Shown: piece by piece, positions 48,820 through 58,589 of the stretch
Position numbering within the stretch: the stretch's first letter is position 1
Layout of the letters: each line of letters starts with the position of its first letter
NCBI GenBank assembly: GCA_934149305.1
Contig: CAKPEF010000003.1
Coordinates: 64,268-128,267 of the forward strand
Length of the DNA: 64,000 bases
Source: an uncultured Clostridia bacterium
GTDB lineage: Bacteria; Bacillota; Clostridia; TANB77; UBA1234
Direction: 5' to 3'
Translations under genes and position numbers: made by a program
Notes under the pieces: generated by a model
Seen by the model: the letters and a program-made list of their open reading frames with translations, nothing else
Database searches by the model: none
What the model was told of the DNA's origin: nothing

Positions 48820-48846
48820 ATGTAAAAGTGTGCTCCATAAAAATAA
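48820..48846 (+). repeat. GTGCTCCATAAAA family copy upstream of the 48884 gene
   Basis: GATGTAAAAGTGTGCTCCATAAAAATAAAT. Confidence 0.75.
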
Positions 48847-48883
48847 ATATTCATACTAAATTCTATAAAAAAGGAGAAACTAT

Positions 48884-50593
48884 ATGAAAAAAATAATTTT
48901 CGGGTTAATAGCCTTTGGTGTTGTATGCTTTGCAACGACTGGCGTATTGATATATAGTCATAATCAAAAAATAGCGCAAGGAGAAAAACATGATATTATA
49001 GAAAAAAGTGGCGATGTGTCAACTGAAATAAAAAGTGGCGAAACATCAGGAGAAAATAAAAAAGATGAAGAAACAGTAAGTGGTGATATAAAAGAAAATA
49101 ACAAGGAAAAGACATTGGATTTAAATGGAACATATAATGAAAATGACATTATCATAAGTGAGAATGCAGAGATTTTTAATAGTGTTGAAATACAAATCCC
49201 ACAGATAAGTGGACTAAAGAATAAAGATATTGAAACAAAAGTAAACAATAGCATAAGAGAAAAGATTTATAGTTCTCTAAAAGAATATTCAGATATTGAA
49301 TATATGTCATTTTATACAAATGCAAATTTCTCAAATGTTCTTTCAATAATCTGCACTTGCGGATTGAAAGATGATTGGAAAGAAATCTACCTTAATTATG
49401 AATTGATAAATGGCGAAGAGTTAAAATTAGACGATTTATTAAGCAAAAATACAGATATCTATACAGTAGTTAGAAAGGCTTTTTATAGAGCTGCAGCAGG
49501 TTCTGCTGTAAGGAATGAGGATATAGAAGAACCTAAATATGATCCAACAACTAATACTTGGTATATCTATCGATATGAATGGAATACTAGCACAGAGAGT
49601 TCTGAAAAAAAGAAAGTTGAATTTGTTATAGATGAAGATGAAGTTGCCCAAAATATAGCAAACTTTATAAATTCATCAAGAAAAGATTTTTTCTTTTCAT
49701 CACAAGGAGTTTACTTAAAAACATATAACTATTTTGTCAACTTTACTGATATAGCTGATAATATTGTGATTTATGATAAATACTTGACAGATGAAAGTCT
49801 ATACGAGAGGGATGACATAGGATTAAAAAATCTATTTACATGTGCATTTTCTTGTTCAAATGTTGTAAAATACCAAGACTATAAAATGCTTGGAGACAAT
49901 TTGTTTTATGATGTGGCGATAAAAGAAAGTGATACTGTGATATGGAATAGGATAAATGCAGCAGGTGTAAACGAAAAAATGTGTGAATTATTAAAGAAAA
50001 AATCATATAAAAAATTAGAAGAATACAAAGAATTAGCAAGCAAAAATCCCGACAAATTTTATGTAGTAATAATAAGACCATTAGTAAGTATGTTAGATTT
50101 TGAAAATAATGCAGAAAACACATATTTTATAAATACACAGTTAGATATAAAATTAGCAGAAAATCAAGAATCCAAAGAAGCTAACATGAAGCAAATCAAA
50201 GAGCAATATAGATATCCTAATGTTTCGTTTTATGGTAGTGCAGGAGATTATTATTATGATTATAATAATCCTGCAAAAATAGTTTTTGAACCAGTTGAAT
50301 GGTATGATTTAAAAACATTAGAAAAGATAGATATAGAAAAATATTATAATGAAAACGAAGAATATAGAGAGTTTTTAAATAATGTAATTAAAGCAAAATT
50401 AGCAGAAACTTATCCTACAATAAATAGTGAACTAGAAGTTGAAAGCATAAAATATGATATGAAAGAAGATAAAGGATATTTTGAATGCGTTGTTATTGTG
50501 CACTTTAAAGAAAATGAATACGGAGTAGATAATATAAAATTGTATACAACAACTTATACAGAAATCATGTACTCTGGTCCGGCAGGTTTGTAA
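48884..50593 (+). CDS. hypothetical secreted or membrane-anchored protein (569 aa)
   Basis: AAGGAG RBS; N-terminal TM/signal; no family recognised. Confidence 0.55.
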   Translation: MKKIIFGLIAFGVVCFATTGVLIYSHNQKIAQGEKHDIIEKSGDVSTEIKSGETSGENKKDEETVSGDIKENNKEKTLDLNGTYNENDIIISENAEIFNSVEIQIPQISGLKNKDIETKVNNSIREKIYSSLKEYSDIEYMSFYTNANFSNVLSIICTCGLKDDWKEIYLNYELINGEELKLDDLLSKNTDIYTVVRKAFYRAAAGSAVRNEDIEEPKYDPTTNTWYIYRYEWNTSTESSEKKKVEFVIDEDEVAQNIANFINSSRKDFFFSSQGVYLKTYNYFVNFTDIADNIVIYDKYLTDESLYERDDIGLKNLFTCAFSCSNVVKYQDYKMLGDNLFYDVAIKESDTVIWNRINAAGVNEKMCELLKKKSYKKLEEYKELASKNPDKFYVVIIRPLVSMLDFENNAENTYFINTQLDIKLAENQESKEANMKQIKEQYRYPNVSFYGSAGDYYYDYNNPAKIVFEPVEWYDLKTLEKIDIEKYYNENEEYREFLNNVIKAKLAETYPTINSELEVESIKYDMKEDKGYFECVVIVHFKENEYGVDNIKLYTTTYTEIMYSGPAGL

Positions 50594-50608
50594 ATTAAGG
50601 GGAAAGAT

Positions 50609-51923
50609 ATGAAAACATTTATTATTTTATTAAATAAATTTATATACTGGCTAGGAAAGCTAGTAGGCAAGGGAAGTAGCATGCCACGGAAAAATTGCAC
50701 TTAAGTTAGATAGAAACATATTAAAAAAGATAAAACTTCCAGATGATATAATAGTTGTAACAGGTAGCAATGGGAAGACATCAACGGTTGAAATGATAAA
50801 TAGCGTATTAACCGAAAATGGGAAGACGGTTGCTTGTAATTTAGAAGGTTCAAACCAAACCGAGGGCGTTACAACAATGATTTTAAATAATTGCAATTTG
50901 CATGGAGAAGTAAAAAAAGATGTGCTTTTAATAGAAAGTGATGAAAGATATTTAAGACATACTTTGAAGTTTTTTAGACCTAAATATTTAGTCGTAACAA
51001 ACTTATACAGAGACCAAATGACTCGAAACGGCCACCCTGAGCTTATTTACGATATTATAAAAGAAGCGATAACAGATGATATACATTTGATTTTAAACAC
51101 AGATGATCCTCTTTCTTCACTATATGGTTATAAAAAGAATAATGTTACATACTTTGGAATGAATGAAAATAAGTTTTCAAAGAAAGTAAATGATAGTGTG
51201 TATGATGATGGAAAGTACTGTCCTAATTGCAAAAAGCTATTAAGATATGATTATTATCATTACAATCATATAGGTTCATACAAATGTGAAAATTGTGGAC
51301 ATGCTAGAAAAGAGCCAGACTATGCAGTAACAGATTTTAACTTTGATGTTGGCGAGATGACAATAAACAGAAAATATAAACTTCAAATGAATTTAAGAAG
51401 CATATATAATGCATATAATCTTCTTGCAACATTTGCTGTATGTAGATTAGTTGGAATAAAAGATGATAAAATAGTTGAATCTTTAAATAACTATGTAATT
51501 AAAAATGATAGAATACAAAAGTTTGAATTAAATGGGCATGATGCAATGTTACTTACATCAAAGCATGAAAATTCAATATCATATAACCAATCACTTTTAT
51601 ATGTAACGAGAGAAAAAGAAGATTGTACTGTGGTTATAATTGTTGATGCTGTAAGTAGAAAATATTTTACAAGCGAGACTTCATGGCTTTGGGATATAGA
51701 TTTCGAACTTTTGAAAAGTGAGAATGTAAAAAAAGTTATTTTAGGTGGAAAATATGTACATGACTTGGTTACAAGAATGGAGTTCGCAGAAATCAATATG
51801 GATAAAGTTGTTGCAAAGAGTGATTTAGATGAACTAATGAAAGAAACAAAAGAAAATTCGATAGGAAAGATATATGTCATAACATGTTTTTCAGATAGAA
51901 TGAAGTTTTTGAATAGGAGGTAA
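50609..51923 (+). CDS. murT: lipid II isoglutaminyl synthase ligase subunit MurT (Mur ligase family), frame interrupted by a 1-nt insertion at about 50697
   Basis: AAGGGGA RBS, MKTFIILLNKFIYWLGKLVGKGSSMP then R K N C T stop; deleting the C at 50697 gives PGKIALKLDRNIL..IIVVTGSNGKTST (Mur ligase P-loop) continuous to 51923. Confidence 0.85.
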
Positions 51924-51927
51924 GACT

Positions 51928-52639
51928 ATGAAAATATTGCATCTATACTACGATATAATGAATTTATATGGAGATTATCGGAAATGTTAGTATACTAAAG
52001 AAACATTTAGAAGATCAAGGTTTAGAAGTTGTTTTAGATAAAAAAACAATTGGAGAAGAAGTGAATTTTAATGAATATAATTTTATATTTATAGGAAGTG
52101 GCACAGAGAAAAATTTAGATGTCGTTTTAAAAGATTTGCAAAACAGAAAAGAAGAATTAGAAAAATACATAGATAGTGAAAAGGTAATTTTGATGACAGG
52201 AAATAGTTTCGAAATGCTTGGCAAGAAAATAGATAATGAAGAATGTCTTGGAATATTTGATTTTGAAACAACTAGAGATAAAGATAGAGAGACATCTGAC
52301 ATAATATATAAATCAAAATTTTTAAGTAAGCCTGTCGTAGGTTTTGTGAATAAAATGACAAAAATGTATCACAATATGAATCCATTTTTCGAAGTTGAAT
52401 TTGGAATAGGTGAGAATGAAAACAATGATTATGAAGGAATAAAATATAAAAACTTGTATGGTACTCATGTTTCTGGTCCTATTTTAGTTAGAAATCCAGA
52501 GCTATTAAAAATGTTAGTAGATACGATATGTAAGCAAAATAAAATAAAGACGAAGGAAATAAGCTATGAAAATGAAGAAGAGGGATATAACCTTGTACTT
52601 AGCGAATTAAAAAATAGAAAGCAAAAAGAGCAAAAATAA
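51928..52639 (+). CDS. gatD: lipid II isoglutaminyl synthase glutaminase subunit GatD (CobB/CobQ-like GATase), frame interrupted by a 1-nt insertion at about 51979
   Basis: AGGAGG RBS, MKILHLYYDIMNLYGDY then R K C stop; deleting the C at 51979 gives YGDYGNVSILKKHLEDQG and joins the 51968-52639 frame. Confidence 0.85.
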
Positions 52640-52656
52640 ATTTGCTCTTTTACTTT
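52628..52656. terminator. hairpin between convergent gatD and the sigma factor gene
   Basis: AGAGCAAA-aataaa-TTTGCTCT plus T-run. Confidence 0.55.
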
Positions 52657-52666
52657 TGTTTGCATA

Positions 52667-53611
52667 TCATTCAACGTATGTTTTAAATAATTTGCAAAAT
52701 TTTTTGTCTCTTCTTAACCTATTAAGTCCTTTCTCCTGAATTTGCCGAACTCTTTCGCGAGATAAGCCAAGTTCTTTTCCAATTTCATCGAGAGTATATG
52801 TTTTACCATCTATAAGTCCAAATCTTTTTAGAATTATAAATGTTGCGCGGTCATTGAGGGTGGAAGAAATCACCTCACAAAGAGCCGTTTTTAAATTCCG
52901 ATGATCATACTCTTCTTGAACATCAAGAGTTGACTCATCTTCGATGAAGGATGATATTTCGGTTTCACCATCACTTTCTTTAACAAGAGTTGAAAGTGAA
53001 ATGACATCGACATAAGAGGTCTTGAGCTTAATAATTTGCTCTTCAGAAAAGCCAGTAATTTTGACAAGTTCCGCCATTGTGGGTTGTCTTGCATTCTCTT
53101 CTGCGAAGACAATTTCTGCGCGAAGAATTTTACGAATGCTTTCGTGCACATATGAAGGAAGTCGAATTACTCTGCTTTTATCAGATATACCTCTTCTTAT
53201 TGCTTGTGCAATCCAATAGCTAGCATAAGTAGAAAAATGGTAACCCTTTCTGTAATCATACTTGTCAATCGCTATAAGAAGACCAATGTTTCCATCTTGA
53301 ATTAAATCTTCTTCAGCGATATTACAGCAGAGAGAGTACTTATGAGCAAATTTTGTGACCAACAGAAGGTTAGAGGAAATAATGATTTCCCTTGCTTTTT
53401 CATCGCCGGCTTCTTTTTGTTTGAACAGTTCTACGCATTCTTCATGAGAAAGAAGAGGATGTTCTTTTGCCTCTTTGTAATATATACCAAGAGATGTTCC
53501 GGCAAGATTTGGAGGTATATGTGCTGGGATATTTTGAGTTTCGAGTGTTTCAAGAACTTCATCAGTAGCTTCTTGAATCGAGGCATCGTACATATACTGA
53601 GTTGTATCCAT
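52667..53611 (-). CDS. RNA polymerase sigma-70 family factor (regions 1.2 to 4 present)
   Basis: Region 2 (IQDGNIGLLIAIDKYDYRKGYHFSTYASYWIAQAIRR), region 3, region 4 HTH (YTLDEIGKELGLSRERVRQIQEKGLNRLR). Confidence 0.85.
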   Translation of the reverse strand: MDTTQYMYDASIQEATDEVLETLETQNIPAHIPPNLAGTSLGIYYKEAKEHPLLSHEECVELFKQKEAGDEKAREIIISSNLLLVTKFAHKYSLCCNIAEEDLIQDGNIGLLIAIDKYDYRKGYHFSTYASYWIAQAIRRGISDKSRVIRLPSYVHESIRKILRAEIVFAEENARQPTMAELVKITGFSEEQIIKLKTSYVDVISLSTLVKESDGETEISSFIEDESTLDVQEEYDHRNLKTALCEVISSTLNDRATFIILKRFGLIDGKTYTLDEIGKELGLSRERVRQIQEKGLNRLRRDKKFCKLFKTYVE

Positions 53612-53777
53612 ATGAAAATACGCTCCTTTTAGGATAACATAATTTGTGTACCAAACATTATTTTAACATCAAAATAGAAAAAAATCAATAAATATTTAAA
53701 ATATAGTGAACCAATTGACTAAAACAATCATATTTAATATAATTTATACGTATATTATCTTTAAAGGAGGGTCTTTA

Positions 53778-56474
53778 ATGGATCAAAAAAACTGGTATTC
53801 AATGTCTTTTGAAGAAGTGGCAAAAGAGCTTGGCACAAATATAGAAAGCGGCTTAGATTCAGTAGCTATTTCTAAGCTTCATGGCTATTATGGAAGTAAT
53901 GAAATAACATCAAAAAAGAAAAAAAGTGTTATAAAGATGATAATAGAGCAATTTAAAGATTTTATGATAATTGTTTTACTTCTCGCAGCACTTGTTTCTG
54001 GATTAGTTAGTAAAGAATTTACCGATTCGGTAATAATCTTAATAATAGTTGTTTTAAATGCTGTAATTGGCGTGATACAAGAGTTAAAGGCACAAAAATC
54101 TTTAGACGCATTAAAAAATCTTAGTGCTCCAACATGTAAAGTAATAAGAGAAGGAAAAATAGAAACAATCAGTTCAAAAGAACTTGTACCAGGAGATATA
54201 GTAATATTAGAGACAGGTGACTATGTTCCGGCAGATTTAAGACTAATAGAAGCTGTTAATTTAAAAATACAAGAAGCAGCACTTACTGGTGAATCTGTTC
54301 CAGTTGAAAAATCTGTGTACACAATAGACAAGAAAGATGTAGGGATTGGAGATAGGACAAACCTAGCATTTTCAAGCAGTATGGTGACATACGGAAGAGG
54401 AAAGGGAATAGTTACAGCGATAGGAATGGATACAGAAGTAGGAAAAATAGCAAAGATGTTAGATTCTGTGGATGAAAGCGAAACACCATTAAAGAGAAGA
54501 CTTGAAGCTTTAGGCAAAACATTGGGAATAGCGGCTCTTGTTATTTGTTTAGTAATTTTTGCAGTTGGTTCGCTTGTTCATGGAAAGGACTTGCTATCAA
54601 TGTTTATGACAGCGGTAAGCCTTGCGGTTGCAGCAATACCAGAAGGATTGCCTGCAATATCTACAATTGTACTTTCAATAGGCGTTCAAAGAATGGTAAA
54701 AAGAAATGCTATTATAAGAACACTTCCATCAGTTGAAACACTTGGTAGTGCGACGGTTATATGTTCAGATAAAACAGGAACATTAACTCAAAATAGAATG
54801 ACAGTCGAAAAAATATTTTATAACAATGAAACATTTGATGCAAAAGAAAAATATAACAATGTAGATGACCATTATGCATTATTATTAAATTCAATGATAC
54901 TTTGTAACGATTCAAAAATAGCACAAAATGGCAATGAATATAAAGTTACCGGAGACCCTACAGAAACAGCACTTGTAGACTTAGGAATAAAAAGTAACTT
55001 CATAAAAACAGAAATAGAAAATTCAAATAAAAGAGTTGAAGAAATTCCATTTGATTCAGAAAGAAAGCTAATGACAACAGTAAACAAAAATGGAAACAGT
55101 TTAATGGTTTATACCAAAGGTGGAGTAGATGAATTGCTTGCACGTTGTTCTAAGATTTTGTTAGATGGAACCCCAGTGGCTATAACAGAAGCACACAAAG
55201 ACTATATAAGAAGAGTAAACGAAGAACTTGCAACAAATGCTCTGAGAGTACTTGCAATGGCATATAAGAAGATAGATAGTGTTCCAAATAAAAATGAAAT
55301 AGCAACATTAGAAAATGACCTAGTATTTATAGGAATGGTTGGAATGATAGACCCAGCAAGACCAGAAGTAAAAGAGGCTGTTCATAAATGTAAGACAGCT
55401 GGTATAAGACCTGTAATGATAACAGGAGACCACAAAATAACAGCTGTGGCAATTGCAAAACAAATAGGAATATTAAATGATGGAGATAAAGCAGTCACAG
55501 GGGCCGAGCTAGAAAAAATGTCAGATGAAGAACTTGCAAAGAATGTAAAAGATATATCAGTATATGCGAGAGTATCACCAGAACATAAAGTAAGAATAGT
55601 AAAAGCTTGGCAATCACATGGCGAAGTTGTAGCAATGACAGGTGATGGCGTAAATGATGCACCAGCATTAAAAACAGCAGATATAGGTGCCGCAATGGGA
55701 ATTGTCGGAACAGATGTGGCAAAAGAGGCTGCAGATGTAGTACTAACAGATGATAACTTTGCAACAATAGTATCAGCAGTTGAAGAGGGAAGAAGAATAT
55801 ATGATAACATATTAAAAGCAGTAGCATATTTGTTATCATCAAACATAGGTGAAATAATAACATTATTTGTAGGAACAATGCTAGGTTGGGCAATCGAGCC
55901 ACTAATGCCAATACACATATTATGGATAAACTTGGTAACAGATAGCCTTCCAGCACTTGCACTTAGCGTAGATCCAGCAGAAGAAGATATAATGGAGAGA
56001 AAAGCTAAGAAAAATAAAAACATATTCACAAAAGGCATGATATGGAGAATAGTATATCAAGGTATAATGGTTGGAGCAATCACGCTTCTTGCATTTTGCA
56101 TAGGCTGTGGCTTCAAATTTGATGCATTAGTAGATGCAAATGGAGAAATAACAAATGTAGGCAAAACAGCACAAACAATGGCTTTTGCAGTGCTTGCGAT
56201 GTCACAATTGACTCATGTGTTCAATTTGCGTTCTAATAAAAAATCGATATTTAAAGTTGGACTATTAACAAATAGAACATTGATAGGTGCAACGCTAATA
56301 TCAATGCTATTGATGATAATCGTTTTAAATGTACCGTTCTTGCAAAATATATTTGAAGTAACACAACTACCACTAAACGACATAGAATTAGTAACACTTT
56401 TAATAATATCACCAGTAGCAATAGTTGAATTATTTAAAGCATTTAAAATAAACACGTTAAAAGACGAAGAATAA
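53778..56474 (+). CDS. P-type ATPase, Ca2+-transporting (PMCA/YloB-like, type IIA)
   Basis: AAAGGAGGG RBS then ATG 53778 (the track start 53706 is TTG); DKTGTLT phosphorylation site, TGES, TGDHK.TA, GDGVNDAPAL, PEGL TM4 motif. Confidence 0.85.
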   Translation: MDQKNWYSMSFEEVAKELGTNIESGLDSVAISKLHGYYGSNEITSKKKKSVIKMIIEQFKDFMIIVLLLAALVSGLVSKEFTDSVIILIIVVLNAVIGVIQELKAQKSLDALKNLSAPTCKVIREGKIETISSKELVPGDIVILETGDYVPADLRLIEAVNLKIQEAALTGESVPVEKSVYTIDKKDVGIGDRTNLAFSSSMVTYGRGKGIVTAIGMDTEVGKIAKMLDSVDESETPLKRRLEALGKTLGIAALVICLVIFAVGSLVHGKDLLSMFMTAVSLAVAAIPEGLPAISTIVLSIGVQRMVKRNAIIRTLPSVETLGSATVICSDKTGTLTQNRMTVEKIFYNNETFDAKEKYNNVDDHYALLLNSMILCNDSKIAQNGNEYKVTGDPTETALVDLGIKSNFIKTEIENSNKRVEEIPFDSERKLMTTVNKNGNSLMVYTKGGVDELLARCSKILLDGTPVAITEAHKDYIRRVNEELATNALRVLAMAYKKIDSVPNKNEIATLENDLVFIGMVGMIDPARPEVKEAVHKCKTAGIRPVMITGDHKITAVAIAKQIGILNDGDKAVTGAELEKMSDEELAKNVKDISVYARVSPEHKVRIVKAWQSHGEVVAMTGDGVNDAPALKTADIGAAMGIVGTDVAKEAADVVLTDDNFATIVSAVEEGRRIYDNILKAVAYLLSSNIGEIITLFVGTMLGWAIEPLMPIHILWINLVTDSLPALALSVDPAEEDIMERKAKKNKNIFTKGMIWRIVYQGIMVGAITLLAFCIGCGFKFDALVDANGEITNVGKTAQTMAFAVLAMSQLTHVFNLRSNKKSIFKVGLLTNRTLIGATLISMLLMIIVLNVPFLQNIFEVTQLPLNDIELVTLLIISPVAIVELFKAFKINTLKDEE

Positions 56475-56652
56475 GAAAAAGAGTATTTAGAAAACAAGGA
56501 TTTTTAGTTTGAAAGCTTTTAAAATGCTAAGCAAATATGTGATGCAATTAGTTATAAATGAAAAAATTTACCAAGTTTTTGTTATATAAAATAATAGGAG
56601 GAGAACATAATAAGCTCTCCTCCTAAAAAATTCGCAAATTGCAAAATAAATA

Positions 56653-56681
56653 TTGACAGATTAGATAAAAATGTGCTAATA
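56653..56681 (+). promoter_or_regulatory. sigma-A promoter for tRNA-Leu (TTGACA-17-TAATAT)
   Basis: Hexamers read directly, about 20 nt upstream of the tRNA. Confidence 0.55.
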
Positions 56682-56702
56682 TTAAAAATGTCGAAACGAC
56701 AT

Positions 56703-56786
56703 GCGGGTGTGGCGGAACTGGCAGACGCGCTAGACTTAGGATCTAGTGTCACAGACGTGGGGGTTCAAGTCCTCTCACCCGCACCA
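56703..56786 (+). tRNA. tRNA-Leu (TAG anticodon)
   Basis: Acceptor GCGGGTG/CACCCGC, anticodon loop cuUAGga, long variable arm, T-loop GGTTCAAGTCC, encoded CCA. Confidence 0.85.
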
Positions 56787-56787
56787 A

Positions 56788-56829
56788 AAAGACTGTTTTA
56801 GAATGAAAATTCTGAAACAGTCTTTTTTA
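56788..56829 (+). terminator. rho-independent terminator after tRNA-Leu
   Basis: AAGACTGTTT..AAACAGTCTT plus T6. Confidence 0.8.
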
Positions 56830-57077
56830 GCTTTTGTAGATATGGCAATGGTTTGCTTCTAACCTTCCATGTTTTGTGTTTATTTCGTAATTCCCTTATT
56901 TATATCGTATTATAAAAATTTTGAACTCTTGACAATACTTATGTTGAAAAGTAAAATAAATTTGTTAGTATTAGAAGCTCAGTATTTATAGCAATGTGAA
57001 TGAGAAAATATAAAAACTTGAATTATTGTAATAAATTATCCCAAATGCTTCAAAATAAATATAAAAGGAGAGTAAAA

Positions 57078-57320
57078 ATGAAATATACTTATGAAACAAA
57101 TGGAACATGTTCAAGAAAAATTGAATTTGAAATAGAAAATGGAATAGTTAAAAATGTAAGATTTACAGGAGGCTGTAATGGAAATTTAAAGGCTGTAGCA
57201 GCTCTTGTGGAGGGACAACCAAAGGAAAAGGTTATTAAATTATTAAAGGGAATAAATTGTGGTACAAAAGGAACATCTTGTGGAGACCAATTAGCAAGAG
57301 CTTTGGAAGAGGTAAAATAA
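57078..57320 (+). CDS. TSCPD-domain protein (about 80 aa)
   Basis: AAAAGGAGAG RBS then ATG 57078; GCNGNL..GTSCGDQLA resembles the TSCPD motif family (recollection). Confidence 0.5.
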   Translation: MKYTYETNGTCSRKIEFEIENGIVKNVRFTGGCNGNLKAVAALVEGQPKEKVIKLLKGINCGTKGTSCGDQLARALEEVK

Positions 57321-57380
57321 GTTTTGAGTATAGCTTTTGTGGAACGGTAGTAGGGTGAATAAAGGGAAAATAAAATACTA

Positions 57381-57409
57381 GTTGACAAATTATGTTAAGC
57401 ACCGTATAA
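57381..57409 (+). promoter_or_regulatory. consensus sigma-A promoter (TTGACA-17-TATAAT)
   Basis: Perfect hexamers about 125 nt upstream of ATG 57536. Confidence 0.65.
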
Positions 57410-57535
57410 TATCATTTGTATGCATATTTTTTTAGTTGTTTCTATTCTTTTATTAACATGGTTGAAATGATATATACCATTAGTTATAAAATATATTAGA
57501 AACAACACATAATTTAATTCTAGGAGGATAATGTT

Positions 57536-58447
57536 ATGGAAAACATTATTATTACGAAGAACTCCGCAGAAGCTCAGGTTGTAACTCATGGAGGTGTGTT
57601 CCATGCAGATGAGGTAATGGCAGTTGCCATTCTTTCGGAAATTTTCGGCCGGGAGATGAAGGTCTCAAGGGTCTTTAAGGTTCCAAATGACCTTCCCGAT
57701 GGCACTATTGTACTCGACATTGGTGGAGGTAAATATGACCATCATCAGCGTGGAGGAAATGGCGCAAGAGAAAACGGCGTACCGTACGCTTCGTGTGGAC
57801 TTATCTGGAGAGAGTTTGGTAAAGAACTCTTGAAGGAGGTCGAAGACGTAGAAAACGTATGGCGGCTGATTGATGAGCAGTTGATATCTGGTATCGATGC
57901 AATTGATTGCGGTGCAATACCAAGATGTGAAGCTGTGGTCAAGCCTATGACGATTTCTACTATCATTTCAAGTTTCAATCCTGCATGGGACAGCACAGAA
58001 ACACCGGATGAGGCTTTTGTAAAGGCCGTTGACGAGGCAAAGAGAATCTTCGATAGGCTTCTGTCGAATACTATTTCAAAGGTTAAAGCCATTGGAATAG
58101 TTGAGGCGGCGATCGAAAATTCCAAAGACCATATTATGGTTCTAGAGACTTTCGTGCCGTGGCAGGATGCGTTGTTTGCTTCTGTTAATCTCGAGGCAGA
58201 AGAAATACTTTTTGTAGTATTTCCTTCAATTCGTGGCGGTTACAATTGGCAAGCTGTTCCTGAAAGCGCTGGTAGCTTTTTCACTCGCAAGTCTACACCT
58301 AAAGAATGGTGGGGAGCTTCGGAAAAAGAACTCCAAGAATTGACTGGGGTTGATGACGTTACATTTTGTCATCCTAATGGTTTTCTTGGATCTGCAAAGT
58401 CTAAGGATGGAGCAATCCGACTTGCAAAACTTGCAATCGAAGCCTGA
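57536..58447 (+). CDS. MYG1/UPF0160 family metal-dependent hydrolase; locally elevated GC
   Basis: AGGAGG RBS; THGGVFHADEV and DHHQ motifs; GC content visibly higher than flanks. Confidence 0.7.
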   Translation: MENIIITKNSAEAQVVTHGGVFHADEVMAVAILSEIFGREMKVSRVFKVPNDLPDGTIVLDIGGGKYDHHQRGGNGARENGVPYASCGLIWREFGKELLKEVEDVENVWRLIDEQLISGIDAIDCGAIPRCEAVVKPMTISTIISSFNPAWDSTETPDEAFVKAVDEAKRIFDRLLSNTISKVKAIGIVEAAIENSKDHIMVLETFVPWQDALFASVNLEAEEILFVVFPSIRGGYNWQAVPESAGSFFTRKSTPKEWWGASEKELQELTGVDDVTFCHPNGFLGSAKSKDGAIRLAKLAIEA

Positions 58448-58454
58448 TATTCTG

Positions 58455-58491
58455 CAAAGAGAGCATTCATTATGAATGCTCTCTTTGTTAT
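58455..58491 (+). terminator. perfect palindromic hairpin after the MYG1 gene
   Basis: AAAGAGAGCATTCAT-t-ATGAATGCTCTCTTT followed by a T-rich tract. Confidence 0.6.
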
Positions 58492-58589
58492 ACATAGAAT
58501 ACCTCTCAGCTCATTTGTTATGCTGAGGGGTATTCTTTTACATTATTTAAAAATAATCAAAAATGAAAATAAAAAACTTTTAATTTTTC

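Noticed and set aside
17888-48846. The GGAGCACAG-TGTGCTCC hairpins read as rho-independent terminators
   Set aside because: The hairpin is followed by an A-run (CATAAAAA), not a U-run, on the plus strand. On the minus strand the T-run precedes the stem. The copies sit upstream of genes rather than downstream.
56605-56640. AGGAGGAGA..TCTCCTCCT 9-bp palindrome upstream of tRNA-Leu as a terminator
   Set aside because: It is followed by A-run on the plus strand and no minus-strand gene ends here. It may be structural but its function is unclear.
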